A stretch of DNA of 64,000 bases from an uncultured Alphaproteobacteria bacterium (GCA_937872985.1 CALMUW010000043.1:1945-65944), one strand, 5' to 3'. Positions 21,613 to 33,413 are shown, numbered from the stretch's first letter. A program made the numbers and translations. Notes: a model not told the origin generated them from the sequence alone.

Positions 21613-21640
21613 GTGGGTCCCGCCGGGGCCCGCTTTTTTT
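21613..21640 (+). terminator. Rho-independent terminator
   Basis: GTGGGTCCC-gcc-GGGGCCCGC hairpin followed by TTTTTTT, 17 nt upstream of rimP. Confidence 0.8.
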
Positions 21641-21656
21641 ATTACCTGAAGCCAAG

Positions 21657-22280
21657 ATGACCGAAGAAACCGAACTGCCTGAAACCAGACTGGCCCGCGA
21701 ACAGGGTCCGGCGGCGCGTGTCGTGGCGCTGGCCGAGCCCGTCATGGCCGACATGGGCTATCGCCTGGTGCGGGTGAAGGTGACGGGCTCGACCGTGCAG
21801 ATCATGGGCGAGCGCCCGGATGGCACCTTTTCCATTGACGATTGCGAGGCGGTGTCGCGCGCACTCTCGCCCATGCTTGACGTGGCCGACATCATCAAGA
21901 GCCGCTATCACCTCGAGGTCTCGTCCCCCGGCATCGACCGGCCGCTGGTGCGGGCGGAAGATTTCGAGCGCTGGGCGGGCCACGAGGTGAAGGTGGAGAT
22001 GGCAGTGGCGCAGGCCGGCCGCAAGCGTTTCCGCGGCAAGCTCGAAGGCTATCACGCGGGCGAGGTCCGCGTCTTCATCGACAACCCGGAGAAGGGGGCG
22101 CAGGAGCCGATCCTCATCGGCGTGCCCTTCGCCGACATTGCCGATGCCCGCCTGGTGCTCACCGATGAATTGATCGCCGCGGCCCGCGCCGCCCTGCCCA
22201 AGACCAACGCCGCCGCCGACGGCAGCGACTGGAACGACGAGACAACCGATCCCGAAACTGGAGACAAGACCCATGGCTGA
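21657..22280 (+). CDS. rimP: Ribosome maturation factor RimP
   Basis: 207 aa, directly upstream of nusA with an 8-nt overlap. [12 protein letters not shown] motif. Confidence 0.9.
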   Translation: MTEETELPETRLAREQGPAARVVALAEPVMADMGYRLVRVKVTGSTVQIMGERPDGTFSIDDCEAVSRALSPMLDVADIIKSRYHLEVSSPGIDRPLVRAEDFERWAGHEVKVEMAVAQAGRKRFRGKLEGYHAGEVRVFIDNPEKGAQEPILIGVPFADIADARLVLTDELIAAARAALPKTNAAADGSDWNDETTDPETGDKTHG

Positions 22281-23868
22281 ACCCGCAGTGAGCGCCAACC
22301 GGCTGGAGCTGTTGCAGATTGCCGACGCGGTGGCGCGTGAAAAGGTGATCGACAAGTCCATCGTGCTGCAAGCCATGGAGGAGGCCATCACCCGCGCGGC
22401 CAAGGCGCGCTATGGGGCGGAGAATGAAATCCGGGCCGAAATCGATGCGCGCTCCGGCGAAATCCGCCTGAACCGCCTGTTGCAGGTGGTGGAGAAGGTG
22501 GAGAACGAGGCGACCGAGATTTCCCTGGCCGAAGCCAACCGCAAGAACCCGGCGGCAACACTGGGCGATTTCATTGCCGAGCCGTTGCCGCCCATCGACT
22601 TCGGCCGTATCGCCGCCCAGAACGCCAAGCAGGTCATCGTGCAGAAGGTGCGCGATGCCGAGCGCGACCGCATGTATGACGAATATAAGGACCGCATCGG
22701 CGAGATCGTCAATGGCGCGGTAAAGCGCGTCGAATATGGCAATGTCATCGTCGATCTGGGCCGGGGCGAAGCCATCGTCCGGCGCGACGAGACTCTGCCG
22801 CGTGAAACCTTCCGCCCCGGCGACCGCATCCGCGCCTATGTCTTCGACGTGCGCCGCGAACAGCGGGGGCCGCAGATTTTCCTGTCGCGCACGCATCCCG
22901 AATTCATGGCGCGCCTGTTCGGCCAGGAAGTGCCGGAAATCTATGATGGCGTGGTTGAGGTCGTCTCGGTGGCGCGCGACCCCGGTTCCCGCGCCAAGAT
23001 CGCGGTCCACTCCAAGGATTCCTCCATCGATCCGGTGGGGGCCTGCGTGGGCATGCGCGGGTCGCGCGTGCAGGCCGTGGTGAACGAGTTGCAGGGCGAG
23101 AAGATCGACATCATCCAGTATACGCCCGACGTGGCGAGCTTCGTGGTCAATGCGCTGGCGCCTGCCGAGGTGACCAAGGTGGTGCTGGACGAGGATGCGG
23201 GCCGCATCGAGGTGGTGGTGCCGGACGAGCAATTGTCGCTCGCCATCGGGCGGCGCGGCCAGAACGTGCGCCTGGCCTCGCAGCTTACCGGCTGGGACAT
23301 CGACATCCTGACCGAGGCCGAGGAATCCGAACGCCGCCAGAAGGAGTTCGCCACCCGCACGGCTCACTTCATGCAGGCGCTCGACGTCGATGAGACGCTG
23401 GCCCAGCTTCTGGCCTCCGAGGGCTTCGACCGGGTGGAGGAAGTGGCCTATGTGGACCTGAACGACATTGCCTCCATCGATGGCCTGGATGAGTCCACGG
23501 CGGAGGAATTGCAGAACCGCGCCAGGGCCTTCCTCGACCGTCAGGCCGAGGAACTTGAAGCCCGCCGCAAGGAATTGGGCGTGGCCGATGATCTGGCCCG
23601 CATGGAGGGTGTGACGCCTGCCATGACGGTGGCCCTGGGCGAAGCGGGGATCAAGACGGTGGAAGATCTGGCGGACGCCGCCACCGATGACCTGACCGGC
23701 TGGACCGAGCGCAAGGCCGGCGAGGTGACCAAGCACAAGGGTGCCTTCACCGGCCTCGACGTGGCCGCCGCCGAGGCCGAGGGGCTGATCATGGCCGCGC
23801 GCGTGGCGCTGGGCTGGATCGAGGCACCGGCGGAGACTGAGGGCGAAGTGCCCGCAGCCGAGGGCTGA
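22273..23868 (+). CDS. nusA: Transcription termination/antitermination factor NusA
   Basis: 531 aa. S1 and KH regions ([19 protein letters not shown]) plus C-terminal acidic repeats. Confidence 0.95.
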   Translation: MAEPAVSANRLELLQIADAVAREKVIDKSIVLQAMEEAITRAAKARYGAENEIRAEIDARSGEIRLNRLLQVVEKVENEATEISLAEANRKNPAATLGDFIAEPLPPIDFGRIAAQNAKQVIVQKVRDAERDRMYDEYKDRIGEIVNGAVKRVEYGNVIVDLGRGEAIVRRDETLPRETFRPGDRIRAYVFDVRREQRGPQIFLSRTHPEFMARLFGQEVPEIYDGVVEVVSVARDPGSRAKIAVHSKDSSIDPVGACVGMRGSRVQAVVNELQGEKIDIIQYTPDVASFVVNALAPAEVTKVVLDEDAGRIEVVVPDEQLSLAIGRRGQNVRLASQLTGWDIDILTEAEESERRQKEFATRTAHFMQALDVDETLAQLLASEGFDRVEEVAYVDLNDIASIDGLDESTAEELQNRARAFLDRQAEELEARRKELGVADDLARMEGVTPAMTVALGEAGIKTVEDLADAATDDLTGWTERKAGEVTKHKGAFTGLDVAAAEAEGLIMAARVALGWIEAPAETEGEVPAAEG

Positions 23869-23883
23869 GCCGGCGGAGAGGGG

Positions 23884-24459
23884 ATGGAGGAGAGCGCGCT
23901 GACCGACCGCATGTGCATCGTCACCCGCGACGTCAAGGACGAGGGGGAGTTGATCCGCTTTGTCCTGTCGCCGGCGGGCGTGGTGGTGCCGGATGTAGCG
24001 CGCAGGCTGCCGGGCCGGGGGGTCTGGGTTTCGGCCCAGGCCGCCACCGTGGCGGAAGCCGTGAAGCGCCGCTTGTTCAACCGGGGTTTCGGCAGCGAGG
24101 TCAAGGTTGAGGGCGATCTGGCCGGGCAGGTGGGTGCGCTCTTGCGCCGTCAGTGTCTGGGCCTCTGTTCGCTGGCCCGCAAGGCGGGGGAGGCCGTCAC
24201 CGGCTTCATGAAGGTGGAGGAGGCGCTGACCAGGGGGCGGGTCCGGGTGCTGCTCCATGCGGCGGAGGCGGCGGAGGATGGCAAGCGCAAGCTTGACCGG
24301 CTGGTGGGGCCGGAAACCACAGTTTTGAATCTTTTTTCCGGGCCGGAATTGGATTTGGCTTTTGGGCGGGCAAATGTGATACATGCTGCCATCACCACGG
24401 GCGGACTGGCCGGAAAATTGCTGGAACAGGCGCGCAAGCTTCAGGCCTATGGGGCCTGA
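23884..24459 (+). CDS. YlxR/DUF448-family RNA-binding protein with a C-terminal L7Ae-like domain
   Basis: RMCIVTRDVKDEGELIRFV...LPGRGVWV is the DUF448 signature. Conserved position between nusA and infB. Confidence 0.8.
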   Translation: MEESALTDRMCIVTRDVKDEGELIRFVLSPAGVVVPDVARRLPGRGVWVSAQAATVAEAVKRRLFNRGFGSEVKVEGDLAGQVGALLRRQCLGLCSLARKAGEAVTGFMKVEEALTRGRVRVLLHAAEAAEDGKRKLDRLVGPETTVLNLFSGPELDLAFGRANVIHAAITTGGLAGKLLEQARKLQAYGA

Positions 24460-24485
24460 GGGCGGTTTTTGGATTGTAGGAACGA

Positions 24486-27029
24486 ATGAGCGATACGAAC
24501 GACACCCATGACAAGTCAGCCCCCAGCCGCACCGGCGGCACGCTGACCGTGAAGCGCCCCGTCGTGGACCACGCGCGGGTGAAGCAGAACATTGGTCATG
24601 GCCGGTCCAAGACCGTGGTGGTGGAAACCAAGCGCAAGCGCTTTGGCGAGGATCATCGTCCGGCGGTGGAGATCAAGCCCAAGGTGGCGCCGACTCTCGC
24701 CCCCGCCGCGCCCAAGGTGGCCGAGGCCAAGCCGCAGGCCCAGCGCTCGGCACCGGGCGTGGTGCTGCGCACGCTCACCGCCGATGAAAAGGATGCGCGC
24801 GAACGGGCGCTGGCCGATGCGCGGGTGCGCGAGGCCGAGGAGCGCAAGCGCCAGGAAGAAGAACTGGTGCGCCGCCGCGAACAGGATGAGCGCGACCGCA
24901 AGGACCGCGAGGCTGCCGCCCGGCGCAAGGCCGAGGATGAGGCGCGCCACCGCGTGGACGAGGAAGGCAAGCGCAAGGCCGAGGAAGCCGCCAAGAAGCT
25001 TGCGCCCAAGGGTGCCGGTCAGGATGACGGAGAGGACGAGCGCCGCAAGAGCACGCCGCGCTCACCAGCGCCCCTCGGCGCGGTGAAGCGCGAGGTCAAG
25101 GTGCCCGCCCCCACCCGCACCAAGGCCGACATGGACAAGCGCCGTGGCCGCCTGACGGTGTCCAACGCCATGGCCGACGACGACGAGCGCTCGCGTTCGG
25201 TCGCCGCCTTCCGCCGCCGCACCGAGCGTCTGAAAAAGCAGGCCCAGGGCTTCCAGATGCCGACCGAACGGGTGACGCGCGATGTGGTCATCCCCGAGGC
25301 CATCACCATCCAGGAACTGGCCAACCGCATGGCCGAACGCGCCGTCGACATCATCAAGATCCTGATGAAACAGGGCGAGATGCGCAAGATCAACGACACC
25401 ATCGACGCCGATACCGCCCAGATCATCGCCGAGGAAATGGGCCACAAGGTGAAGCGCGTGTCGGAAGCCGACGTGGTCGAGGGTCTGTCCGCCGACACCG
25501 ACCTGCCGGAGCAATTGCGCCCGCGCCCGCCGGTGGTCACCATCATGGGCCATGTCGATCACGGCAAGACCTCGCTGCTCGACGCCATCCGCAAGACCAA
25601 TGTGGTGGCGGGCGAAGCGGGCGGCATCACCCAGCACATCGGTGCCTATCAGGTGGCAACGCCCAACGGCCTCGTCACCTTCATCGACACGCCGGGCCAC
25701 GAGGCCTTCACCTCCATGCGCGCGCGCGGCGCCAAGGCCACCGACATTGCCGTGCTGGTGGTGGCGGCCGACGACGGTGTCATGCCGCAGACGGTTGAAT
25801 CCATCAGTCACGCGCGGGCGGCTGGTGTGCCCATCATCGTGGCCATCAACAAGATCGACAAGCCTTCGGCCAACCCCACCCGGGTGCGCACCGACCTTCT
25901 CCAGCACGACATCGTGGTGGAAGCCATGGGCGGCGACACGCTGGATGTGGAAGTCTCGGCCATCAAGGGCACCAACCTCGACAAGCTGCTGGAAACCATC
26001 CTGCTGCAGGCCGAAGTTCTCGACCTCAAGGCCAATCCCGACCGCGAGGCTTCAGGTCTCGTCGTCGAAGCCCAGCTTGACAAGGGCCGCGGTCCGGTGG
26101 CCACCGTTCTCGTCCAGCGCGGCACGCTGAAGCTCGGCGACATCTTCGTGGCCGGTTCCGCCTGGGGCCGGGTGCGCGCCCTCATCAACGACAAGGGCGA
26201 ACAGATCAGGGAAGCCGGGCCCTCGGTGCCGGTGGAGGTGCTGGGCCTCAATTCCGCGCCGGAAGCAGGCGACCAGTTCGACGTGGTGGAGAACGAGGCG
26301 CGCGCCCGCGAGATCACCGATTATCGCGAACGCAAGCGCCGCGAGTCGCGCGGCACCGGCACGGTGCGGTCATCGCTGGAACAGATGATGACCCAGCTTT
26401 CGGAAGCCGGTCGCAAGGAATTCCCCATTCTGGTCAAGGCCGACGTGCAGGGTTCGGCGGAAGCCATCGTGCAGGCGCTGGAGAAGATCGGCAACGACGA
26501 AATCCGCTCGCGCGTCGTTCACTATGCGGTGGGCGGCATCAACGAGAGCGATGTCGGCCTGGCGGCGGCTTCGGGTGCCGTCATCCTCGGCTTCAACGTG
26601 CGCGCCTCCGGCCAGGCGCGCGACGCCGCCGAGCGTCAGGGCATCGAAATCCGCTACTACAACATCATCTATGACCTGGTGGACGACATCAAATCCGCCA
26701 TGTCCGGGCAACTGGCGCCGGAACTGCGCGAAACCTTCCTGGGCAATGCGAAGATCCTGGAAATCTTCAACATCACCAAGGTGGGCAAGGTGGCGGGCTG
26801 TCAGGTCACCGAAGGCTCGGTGCAGCGCGGCGCCAAGGTGCGCCTGATCCGCGACCATGTGGTGATCCACGAGGGAACCCTGTCCACCCTCAAGCGCTTC
26901 AAGGACGAAGTGAAGGAAGTGCAGGTCGGTCAGGAATGCGGCATGGCCTTCGAGAACTATCAGGACATGCGGGCGGGCGATGTGATCGAATGCTTCCGCG
27001 TGGAGAAGGTGCAGCGCACGCTCGACTGA
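24486..27029 (+). CDS. infB: Translation initiation factor IF-2
   Basis: 847 aa. Charged N-terminal region, G domain [16 protein letters not shown] / DTPGH / NKID, and a C-terminal IF-2 domain. Confidence 0.97.
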   Translation: MSDTNDTHDKSAPSRTGGTLTVKRPVVDHARVKQNIGHGRSKTVVVETKRKRFGEDHRPAVEIKPKVAPTLAPAAPKVAEAKPQAQRSAPGVVLRTLTADEKDARERALADARVREAEERKRQEEELVRRREQDERDRKDREAAARRKAEDEARHRVDEEGKRKAEEAAKKLAPKGAGQDDGEDERRKSTPRSPAPLGAVKREVKVPAPTRTKADMDKRRGRLTVSNAMADDDERSRSVAAFRRRTERLKKQAQGFQMPTERVTRDVVIPEAITIQELANRMAERAVDIIKILMKQGEMRKINDTIDADTAQIIAEEMGHKVKRVSEADVVEGLSADTDLPEQLRPRPPVVTIMGHVDHGKTSLLDAIRKTNVVAGEAGGITQHIGAYQVATPNGLVTFIDTPGHEAFTSMRARGAKATDIAVLVVAADDGVMPQTVESISHARAAGVPIIVAINKIDKPSANPTRVRTDLLQHDIVVEAMGGDTLDVEVSAIKGTNLDKLLETILLQAEVLDLKANPDREASGLVVEAQLDKGRGPVATVLVQRGTLKLGDIFVAGSAWGRVRALINDKGEQIREAGPSVPVEVLGLNSAPEAGDQFDVVENEARAREITDYRERKRRESRGTGTVRSSLEQMMTQLSEAGRKEFPILVKADVQGSAEAIVQALEKIGNDEIRSRVVHYAVGGINESDVGLAAASGAVILGFNVRASGQARDAAERQGIEIRYYNIIYDLVDDIKSAMSGQLAPELRETFLGNAKILEIFNITKVGKVAGCQVTEGSVQRGAKVRLIRDHVVIHEGTLSTLKRFKDEVKEVQVGQECGMAFENYQDMRAGDVIECFRVEKVQRTLD

Positions 27030-27064
27030 GGCTTGCTGTCTAGACAGCTTGGCGAGGTGAAATC

Positions 27065-27451
27065 ATGAGCCAGAACAAGGCGCCGTCACAGCGGCAGTTG
27101 CGCGCAGGCGAATTGATCCGCCATGCCCTGTCCGAAATTCTGATGCGCGGCGAGACGGGCGATCCCGAACTCGACCGGCTGATGCCCTCGGTGCATGAGG
27201 TGCAGATGTCGCCCGACCTGAAGATCGCCACGGCCTATGTGCGGTCCTTGGTTTCGGGCCAGGATGAACAGGCGCTGGCGGCCCTGAACCGCCACAGGAA
27301 GTTCATCCGCGGTCTGGTGGCCCCTCGGCTGGACATGAAATTCATGCCGGAGATTCGCTATCGGATCGATACTGCGTTGGATTACGCCAGCAAGATCGAT
27401 GACCTGCTGCGCTCGCCCGCGGTGGCGCGCGACCTCGACCCGGAGACGTGA
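27065..27451 (+). CDS. rbfA: Ribosome-binding factor A
   Basis: 128 aa in the conserved position after infB. RbfA-like KH-fold sequence. Confidence 0.9.
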   Translation: MSQNKAPSQRQLRAGELIRHALSEILMRGETGDPELDRLMPSVHEVQMSPDLKIATAYVRSLVSGQDEQALAALNRHRKFIRGLVAPRLDMKFMPEIRYRIDTALDYASKIDDLLRSPAVARDLDPET

Positions 27452-28362
27452 TGGCCAAGGTGCCGCGTCGGGCGGTCAACGGCTGGGTCATCCTGGACAA
27501 GCCGCCAGGCCTGACATCGACCCAGGCGGTGGGGAAAATCCGCTGGCTTTTCAACGCCGAAAAGGCGGGTCACGGCGGCACGCTGGACCCCTTGGCCAGC
27601 GGGCTTCTGCCGATTGCACTGGGCGAGGCGACCAAGACCGTGCCCTTCGCCATGGCTGGCGAGAAGACTTATCTGTTCACGGTGCAGTGGGGCGCGGAAA
27701 CGGCGACCTGCGACCTGGAAGGCGCGGTGACGGCTCGGTCCGACAAGCGGCCTGTCAGCGCCGATATCGAAGCGATACTACAACAGTTCACCGGAACCAT
27801 TCTGCAAGTCCCGCCCGCCTTTTCGGCCATGAAGGTGGCGGGCCAGCGCGCCTATGATCTGGCCCGCGCCGGGGAAGCCGTGGAACTTGCCGCCCGGCCC
27901 GTCACCATCCACCGGCTGACCCTGTTGGGTCAGGAGGGTGATGCGGCACGCTTCGAGGTCCATTGCGGCAAGGGCACCTATGTGCGCTCGCTCGCCCGCG
28001 ACCTGGGCCGCGCCCTCGGCTGCCTTGGCCATGTCACCAGCCTGCGCCGCACCCGGGTCGGGGCCTTCACCGAAAACCACATGATTTCACTGGAAAACCT
28101 TGAGGATTTGCGTCATAAGGCCCCCGGCGGCAACGCCATGGAGAGGGCTCTCATCGCCATCGAGACCGTGCTGGACGGCATCCCGGCACTGGCCGTGACG
28201 GCGGATGAGGGCAAGCGCCTGCGGCAGGGCCAGGAGGTCCTGCTCACGGGGATACCGATCACCTCCGCCGAAACCGTGCTGATCCGATGCGAGGGCGAGC
28301 CCCTCGGTCTGGCCGGCGTGACGGACGGCAGGGTGAAGCCCCGGCGTCTCTTCAATCTGTAA
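27448..28362 (+). CDS. truB: tRNA pseudouridine(55) synthase
   Basis: [15 protein letters not shown] and the catalytic motif [16 protein letters not shown]-type overlap with rbfA. Confidence 0.95.
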   Translation: MMAKVPRRAVNGWVILDKPPGLTSTQAVGKIRWLFNAEKAGHGGTLDPLASGLLPIALGEATKTVPFAMAGEKTYLFTVQWGAETATCDLEGAVTARSDKRPVSADIEAILQQFTGTILQVPPAFSAMKVAGQRAYDLARAGEAVELAARPVTIHRLTLLGQEGDAARFEVHCGKGTYVRSLARDLGRALGCLGHVTSLRRTRVGAFTENHMISLENLEDLRHKAPGGNAMERALIAIETVLDGIPALAVTADEGKRLRQGQEVLLTGIPITSAETVLIRCEGEPLGLAGVTDGRVKPRRLFNL

Positions 28363-28388
28363 ACTGTAATCAGTCTGGAGATGACCGA

Positions 28389-28658
28389 ATGTCCATTACG
28401 CCTGAGCGCAAGACCGCGCTCATGAAGGAATATGCCACCAAGACCGGCGACACGGGTTCGCCCGAGGTGCAGGTGGCGGTGCTGACCACGCGCATCAATG
28501 CGCTGACCGAGCACTTCAAGACCCACAAGAAGGACAACCATTCGCGCCGGGGCCTGCTCAGGCTCGTGTCCCAGCGCCGTGGCCTTCTCGACTATCTCAA
28601 GGCCAAGGATCAGGCCCGCTATCAGGACCTGATCAAGCGTCTGGAAATCCGCCGCTGA
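28389..28658 (+). CDS. rpsO: 30S ribosomal protein S15
   Basis: Trimmed to the ATG at 28389. [57 protein letters not shown] is canonical S15 (89 aa). Confidence 0.95.
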   Translation: MSITPERKTALMKEYATKTGDTGSPEVQVAVLTTRINALTEHFKTHKKDNHSRRGLLRLVSQRRGLLDYLKAKDQARYQDLIKRLEIRR

Positions 28659-28670
28659 GCGGTTCGTGGT

Positions 28671-28694
28671 GCGGGGGCGGAGAGCGCCCCCCGC
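28671..28694 (+). promoter_or_regulatory. GC-rich stem-loop in the rpsO-pnp intergenic region (attenuator/processing-site candidate)
   Basis: GCGGGGGCG-gagag-CGCCCCCCGC without a following T-tract. In E. coli the rpsO-pnp leader holds the hairpin used for pnp autoregulation. Confidence 0.4.
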
Positions 28695-28926
28695 CGCCTA
28701 TGGGGCGCACAGCCCCGCTGTCAGTCTGTCGCTGTCAGTGATGATCTGCCTCCGCCATTCCGATGCCGGTATGGGGTGGGGCGAAATGAAAATGCGGGCG
28801 GATCACCGATTTGCCGCCCGGTTCCCGAACGTCATCCGGCAATGGGGCCGGGTGGGTCTGCCCAAAGGGAATGCCGCAGGGTTGGTGAGCAAGAAGCGGC
28901 GCAGGGCATGTCCGAAGGAATGACAT

Positions 28927-31095
28927 ATGTTCAATATCGACGTTGAAGAGCTGGAATGGGGCGGCCGCACGCTGCGCATGGAAACGGGACGCATGGCGCG
29001 TCAGGCCGATGGCGCGGTGCTGGTCACCTATGGCGAGACCACGGTGCTGGCCACCGCCGTCTCCATGCGGGATGAAAAGCCGGGGATCGATTTCTTCCCG
29101 CTGACCGTCAACTATCAGGAAAAGACCTTTGCCGCCGGCAAGATTCCGGGCGGCTATTTCAAGCGCGAGGGACGCCCGACCGAAAAGGAAACGCTGGTGT
29201 CGCGCCTCATTGACCGGCCGATCCGCCCGCTCTTCCCCGAGGGCTATCGCTGCGACACCCAGGTGATCGCCACGGTTCTGTCCTATGATCTCGAAAACGA
29301 TGCCGACATCGTGGCCATGGTTGCGGCCTCCGCGGCCCTCACGCTCTCCGGCATTCCCTTCATGGGTCCGGTGGGGGGCGCCCGCGTCGGCGTCATCAAC
29401 GGCGAATTCGTGCTCAACCCCACGGTGGATCAGCTCAAGGAATCGACCCTCGATCTCGTGGTCGCCGGCACGCAGGATGCGGTGCTGATGGTCGAATCCG
29501 AGGCCAAGGAACTGACCGAGGAGAAGATGCTCGGGGCCGTGATGTTCGGCCATGCCGGTTTCCAGCCGGTCATTGACGCCATCATCCGTCTGGCCGAGCG
29601 CTCCTCGCGTGAGCCGCGCAACTTCGAGCCGAAGGACACTTCGGCCCTCGACAAGGCGGTGAAGAAGGCGGGCGAGAGCGAGCTTCGCAAGGCCTATGCC
29701 ATCGCCAAGAAGGAAGACCGCCAGGACGCGGTGGCCAAGGTGAAGGACAAGGTGAAGGCGGCGCTGATCAAGGAGGGCGACGAGAAGGCCCCCTCCCAGC
29801 AGGCGGTGGCCGATGCCTTCAAGCATCTGGAAAAAGACATCGTCCGCAACAACATCCTCGACACCGGCAAGCGCATCGATGGCCGTGACACCAAGACCGT
29901 TCGCCCCATCGTGGCGGAGGCCTCGGTGTTGCCGCGCACCCATGGCTCGGCGCTCTTCACCCGTGGTGAGACACAGGCCCTGGTGGTGACCACTTTGGGC
30001 ACCGGCGAGGACGAGCAGTACATCGACTCGCTCGACGGCACCTACAAGGAGCGCTTCATGCTCCACTACAACTTCCCGCCCTATTCGGTGGGTGAGACGG
30101 GCCGTCTCGGCGGTGCTGGCCGCCGCGAGATCGGCCACGGCAAGCTCGCCTGGCGGGCCATCCGTCCGCTGCTGCCGTCGTCGGAGGAGTTCCCCTACAC
30201 GGTGCGTGTCGTGTCGGAAGTGACCGAATCCAACGGTTCTTCGTCCATGGCGACCGTGTGCGGTTCCTCGCTGTCGCTGATGGATGCGGGCGTGCCGATG
30301 AAGGCACCCTGCGCCGGTATCGCCATGGGCCTCATCAAGGAGGGCGAGCGCTTCGCCGTCCTCACTGACATTCTCGGTGACGAGGACCACCTGGGCGACA
30401 TGGACTTCAAGGTGGCGGGCACGTCGGAAGGTGTGACCTCGCTCCAGATGGACATCAAGATCACCGGCATCACCGAAGAGATCATGAAGATCGCGCTGTT
30501 CCAGGCCAAGGAAGGCCGCATGCATATTCTCGGCAAGATGTCCGAGGCGCTGCAGGCGGCGCGTCCGGGTCTGGGCGAACATGCGCCGCGCATCGAGCAG
30601 ATCAAGATCCCCACCGACAAGATCCGTGAAGTGATCGGCACCGGCGGCAAGGTCATCCGCGAGATCGTGGAGAAGACCGGCGCCAAGATCGACATTCAGG
30701 ACGACGGCACGGTGAAGGTGGCGTCGTCTTCAGGCACCGCCATCACCGCCGCGCTGAAGTGGATCAAGTCCATCGTCTCCGAACCGGAGGTGGGCGAGAT
30801 CTATGACGGCAAGGTGGTCAAGGTCGTGGACTTCGGCGCCTTCGTCAATTTCTTCGGCGCCAAGGATGGCCTCGTCCATGTGTCGGAACTGGCGTCCAGG
30901 CGCGTCAACAAGGTCTCCGACGTGGTCAACGAAGGCGACATGGTGAAGGTGAAGCTCCTCGGTTTCGATAACCGCGGCAAGGTGCGCCTGTCCATGAAGC
31001 AGGTGGATCAGGAGACCGGCGAAGACCTGTCCAAAAAGCAGGCGGAGGAAGCTCCGGCGGCCGAGGGCGAGGCTTCGGGCGGCACGGAAGAATAA
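28927..31095 (+). CDS. pnp: Polyribonucleotide nucleotidyltransferase (PNPase)
   Basis: 722 aa. Two RNase PH domains followed by KH and S1 domains ([20 protein letters not shown]). Confidence 0.97.
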   Translation: MFNIDVEELEWGGRTLRMETGRMARQADGAVLVTYGETTVLATAVSMRDEKPGIDFFPLTVNYQEKTFAAGKIPGGYFKREGRPTEKETLVSRLIDRPIRPLFPEGYRCDTQVIATVLSYDLENDADIVAMVAASAALTLSGIPFMGPVGGARVGVINGEFVLNPTVDQLKESTLDLVVAGTQDAVLMVESEAKELTEEKMLGAVMFGHAGFQPVIDAIIRLAERSSREPRNFEPKDTSALDKAVKKAGESELRKAYAIAKKEDRQDAVAKVKDKVKAALIKEGDEKAPSQQAVADAFKHLEKDIVRNNILDTGKRIDGRDTKTVRPIVAEASVLPRTHGSALFTRGETQALVVTTLGTGEDEQYIDSLDGTYKERFMLHYNFPPYSVGETGRLGGAGRREIGHGKLAWRAIRPLLPSSEEFPYTVRVVSEVTESNGSSSMATVCGSSLSLMDAGVPMKAPCAGIAMGLIKEGERFAVLTDILGDEDHLGDMDFKVAGTSEGVTSLQMDIKITGITEEIMKIALFQAKEGRMHILGKMSEALQAARPGLGEHAPRIEQIKIPTDKIREVIGTGGKVIREIVEKTGAKIDIQDDGTVKVASSSGTAITAALKWIKSIVSEPEVGEIYDGKVVKVVDFGAFVNFFGAKDGLVHVSELASRRVNKVSDVVNEGDMVKVKLLGFDNRGKVRLSMKQVDQETGEDLSKKQAEEAPAAEGEASGGTEE

Positions 31096-31120
31096 TCATC
31101 CGCACACGGATTGACTGAAA

Positions 31121-31149
31121 CGCGGGGGGCATAAACCTCCCGCGTTTTT
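31121..31149. terminator. Bidirectional terminator between the convergent pnp and extensin-like genes
   Basis: CGCGGGGGG-cataaa-CCTCCCGCG (9 bp including one G-U pair) followed by TTTTT on the plus strand. Confidence 0.75.
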
Positions 31150-32276
31150 CATTCGCAGATGCGATAGGTGCCGGACTTGCCGTGCTGGCCCAGATCGAAG
31201 TGGAAGTGGCTGGCATGGGCGGCATTGGCCCCCGGCCCGAGAACGGTGGTGAACCAGGCGCAGGCCGACTGGCGCAGGCCGGAGAGCAGACCGTGATCGG
31301 CCTTGAGGCTCGATCCGGCATCGGCGACGGTGACGGTGTGACCGTCGGTCAATGCCATGCGCTCGATGTCCACGGCATTGCCGAAACCGTGTTCGGAAAT
31401 CTTGGCCGAGGCATCACCGTTGCGGCCCCGGCATTGAAAGCCCGGTCCGGTCCAGATCTTGGCCAGCACCTTGTCGTGGCGCTGGGCGATGGGTGCCGCG
31501 CTGTGTTTCACCCACTGGCTCATCTGCACGGCAAAGCGGCAGGCCAGCATGGGCTGTTCAGGCAGGATCACCCGGCCCTGATCAGTGGCGACGGCGCCCA
31601 GGCGCACGGGATTGTCGATGCCACAGGGCGAGACACTGACCGGGGTGGCGGCAATGGTGAAGTCCGCACCAATGGCGCGGAGTGCGGCAAGGCATTGCTC
31701 GCCCTGCAGATCAGCGGGCTGGCGGAAGTCGCCTTGGGCCACGGGCCGGTTGGTGGTGATGGGTGGTGGCGGCACGGGTGGGTTCACCACGGATGGCATG
31801 GGCGATGGGGGCACGGGGGCGGGTTTGATGCGCGGCACGACCATGGCGCTGTGCTTCTGTGCCTTGCGGGCCGCCGTGGCCGAGGCCAGGTCGGGCGGGG
31901 GACTTTTGGGTGCCACGGTCGGCGTCACCACCACTGCTGGCTTGGGCTTGGGGATAGGTGGCGGGATTGGCGGCGCGGTAGCGGGCTTGGCCATTGCCGC
32001 AGGCGCGGGCTTGGCCATTGCCGCAGGCGCGGGCTTGGCCGTCACGTCAGGCTTTGAGGGGGCTGCCTTGCGCGTGGCGGGCCGGGCGGCCTTCTTCTTC
32101 TGGCTCTTGTTCTTGTGGCAGGCAGGATTATTGATGGCGCGGCACAGGCTCCGTTCCATGTTGGTGCGCAAGCGCTGGATGTTCTGGTCGATGGAGGCCG
32201 CCTGTGCCAACCCAGCGGTGGTGGCAGCGAGCGTGAAGGTGAACGGCAGGGCCAGAAGCAGGGCGGATATCCTCAT
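31149..32276 (-). CDS. Secreted extensin-like protein (Pro/Ala/Lys-rich linker + Extensin-like C-terminal domain)
   Basis: Signal peptide MRISALLLALPFTFTLAATTAGLAQA, a Pro-rich repeat region, and a C-terminal region (CRFAVQMSQW...ISEHGFGNAVDI...HFHFDL) typical of alphaproteobacterial extensin-family proteins. Confidence 0.7.
   Translation of the reverse strand: MRISALLLALPFTFTLAATTAGLAQAASIDQNIQRLRTNMERSLCRAINNPACHKNKSQKKKAARPATRKAAPSKPDVTAKPAPAAMAKPAPAAMAKPATAPPIPPPIPKPKPAVVVTPTVAPKSPPPDLASATAARKAQKHSAMVVPRIKPAPVPPSPMPSVVNPPVPPPPITTNRPVAQGDFRQPADLQGEQCLAALRAIGADFTIAATPVSVSPCGIDNPVRLGAVATDQGRVILPEQPMLACRFAVQMSQWVKHSAAPIAQRHDKVLAKIWTGPGFQCRGRNGDASAKISEHGFGNAVDIERMALTDGHTVTVADAGSSLKADHGLLSGLRQSACAWFTTVLGPGANAAHASHFHFDLGQHGKSGTYRICE
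31981..32040. repeat. 2.5 copies of a 24-bp tandem repeat inside the extensin-like gene
   Basis: gcgggcttggccattgccgcaggc occurs at 31981-32004 and 32005-32028, plus a half copy. It encodes the AMAKPAPA repeats. Confidence 0.9.
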
Positions 32277-32315
32277 GCGCGCTCAACGCGGCAGGGGGAC
32301 ATCCGGTTCCGACCG

Positions 32316-33314
32316 TCAGAAGGGGTTGAGGCCGCAGGCCCCGGCATAGGCCAGGCAGTCACGCCAGGGCCGGATGGAGGCGGAAGTGGTGGCCGAGGCC
32401 AGCGAGGTGGCGGCGGCGGCGTTGGCAAGCGCCAGACAGTCGGCCAGCGGCCAATCCTCATGCAGGCCCAGCAACATGCCGCCATAGAAGGCATCGCCCG
32501 CGCCCACCGTCCCGACGATGTCCTGCGGCGGCACCTTGACCGATCCGGCGGCGGCGCTCTCGCCGGTGCGGCGGCGGGCTGCGGCTCCGGCCGGATGGTG
32601 CACGGCAGCAACCTGGCCGACACCGAGGTCGAGCAGCTTGCGGCAGGCGGCAAGGGCGGCCTCGCGGTCAAATCGTCCGTTGACGGATAATGTGATGCCG
32701 GTGAGGGCCTGGGCCTCGCTGTCATTGAAGACGGCAATATCGGTGAGCGGCAGGAGCGGCGTCACCAGCCGGCGCAGATCGGGCGGTGGCACGGAGACAA
32801 GTTCCAGCGCGGTGATGTGTCCCGCCGCGCGGGCAGAGGCAAGCGCCTCTGCCCAGCCATTTTGCGCGTCCATTCCGGCGGCGATGCCCGGTGCGCCGAG
32901 GTAGAAGATCCTGGCACGCCCATCCGGCGGTGCGGCCAGCATGTCGGGCGTCAGGCGGGCATTCACCCCGGCATGGTGGAAAAAGGTGCGCCTGCCGCTG
33001 GCCTTCACCGTCATGACATGGGTGTGGCTGGTGATGGCATGGGATTCAATCAGGAATCCAGCGCGCGCCAGGCCATAGGCCTCGGCCTGCTTCAGGAAAA
33101 TCGCGCCGTAGGCATCATCGCCCACCACGCCCCGGCAGGTGACGGGAAAGCCTGCGCCCAGTTTGATGAGGGCGGCGGCGGCATTGTGCGGCGGACCGCC
33201 CGCGCCATATTCGCTGTGGTCGATGAGGGCGAGCTGTTCTTCGGCGGGCCACAGGTCCACCACATGAACGATGTCGAGAATGACCGTGCCTGCGAGATGA
33301 ATGCCGGAACGCAT
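32316..33314 (-). CDS. PfkB-family carbohydrate/nucleoside kinase
   Basis: 332 aa. C-terminal PfkB signature VGTVGAGDAFYGGMLLG and a ribokinase-like N-terminus. Confidence 0.8.
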   Translation of the reverse strand: MRSGIHLAGTVILDIVHVVDLWPAEEQLALIDHSEYGAGGPPHNAAAALIKLGAGFPVTCRGVVGDDAYGAIFLKQAEAYGLARAGFLIESHAITSHTHVMTVKASGRRTFFHHAGVNARLTPDMLAAPPDGRARIFYLGAPGIAAGMDAQNGWAEALASARAAGHITALELVSVPPPDLRRLVTPLLPLTDIAVFNDSEAQALTGITLSVNGRFDREAALAACRKLLDLGVGQVAAVHHPAGAAARRRTGESAAAGSVKVPPQDIVGTVGAGDAFYGGMLLGLHEDWPLADCLALANAAAATSLASATTSASIRPWRDCLAYAGACGLNPF

Positions 33315-33413
33315 GGGGGCCTCCCGCCCCGGGCAGTATCGGACCGGCGGGAAGTGAAGGCAAGTTCTGGTGCGGCGGCAGCGGGCCGTCTATGGTCGGC
33401 GCAGGAGAACAGC

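Noticed and set aside
22159-24384. 741-aa minus-strand ORF
   Set aside because: It is antisense to rimP, nusA and ylxR, which are unambiguous. Its composition is a high-GC antisense artefact.
28666-28923. 85-aa ORF in the rpsO-pnp spacer
   Set aside because: This is the pnp leader region, and the ORF runs through the GC hairpin. It has no coding signature.
28735-30582. 615-aa minus-strand ORF
   Set aside because: It is antisense to pnp and has no motifs.
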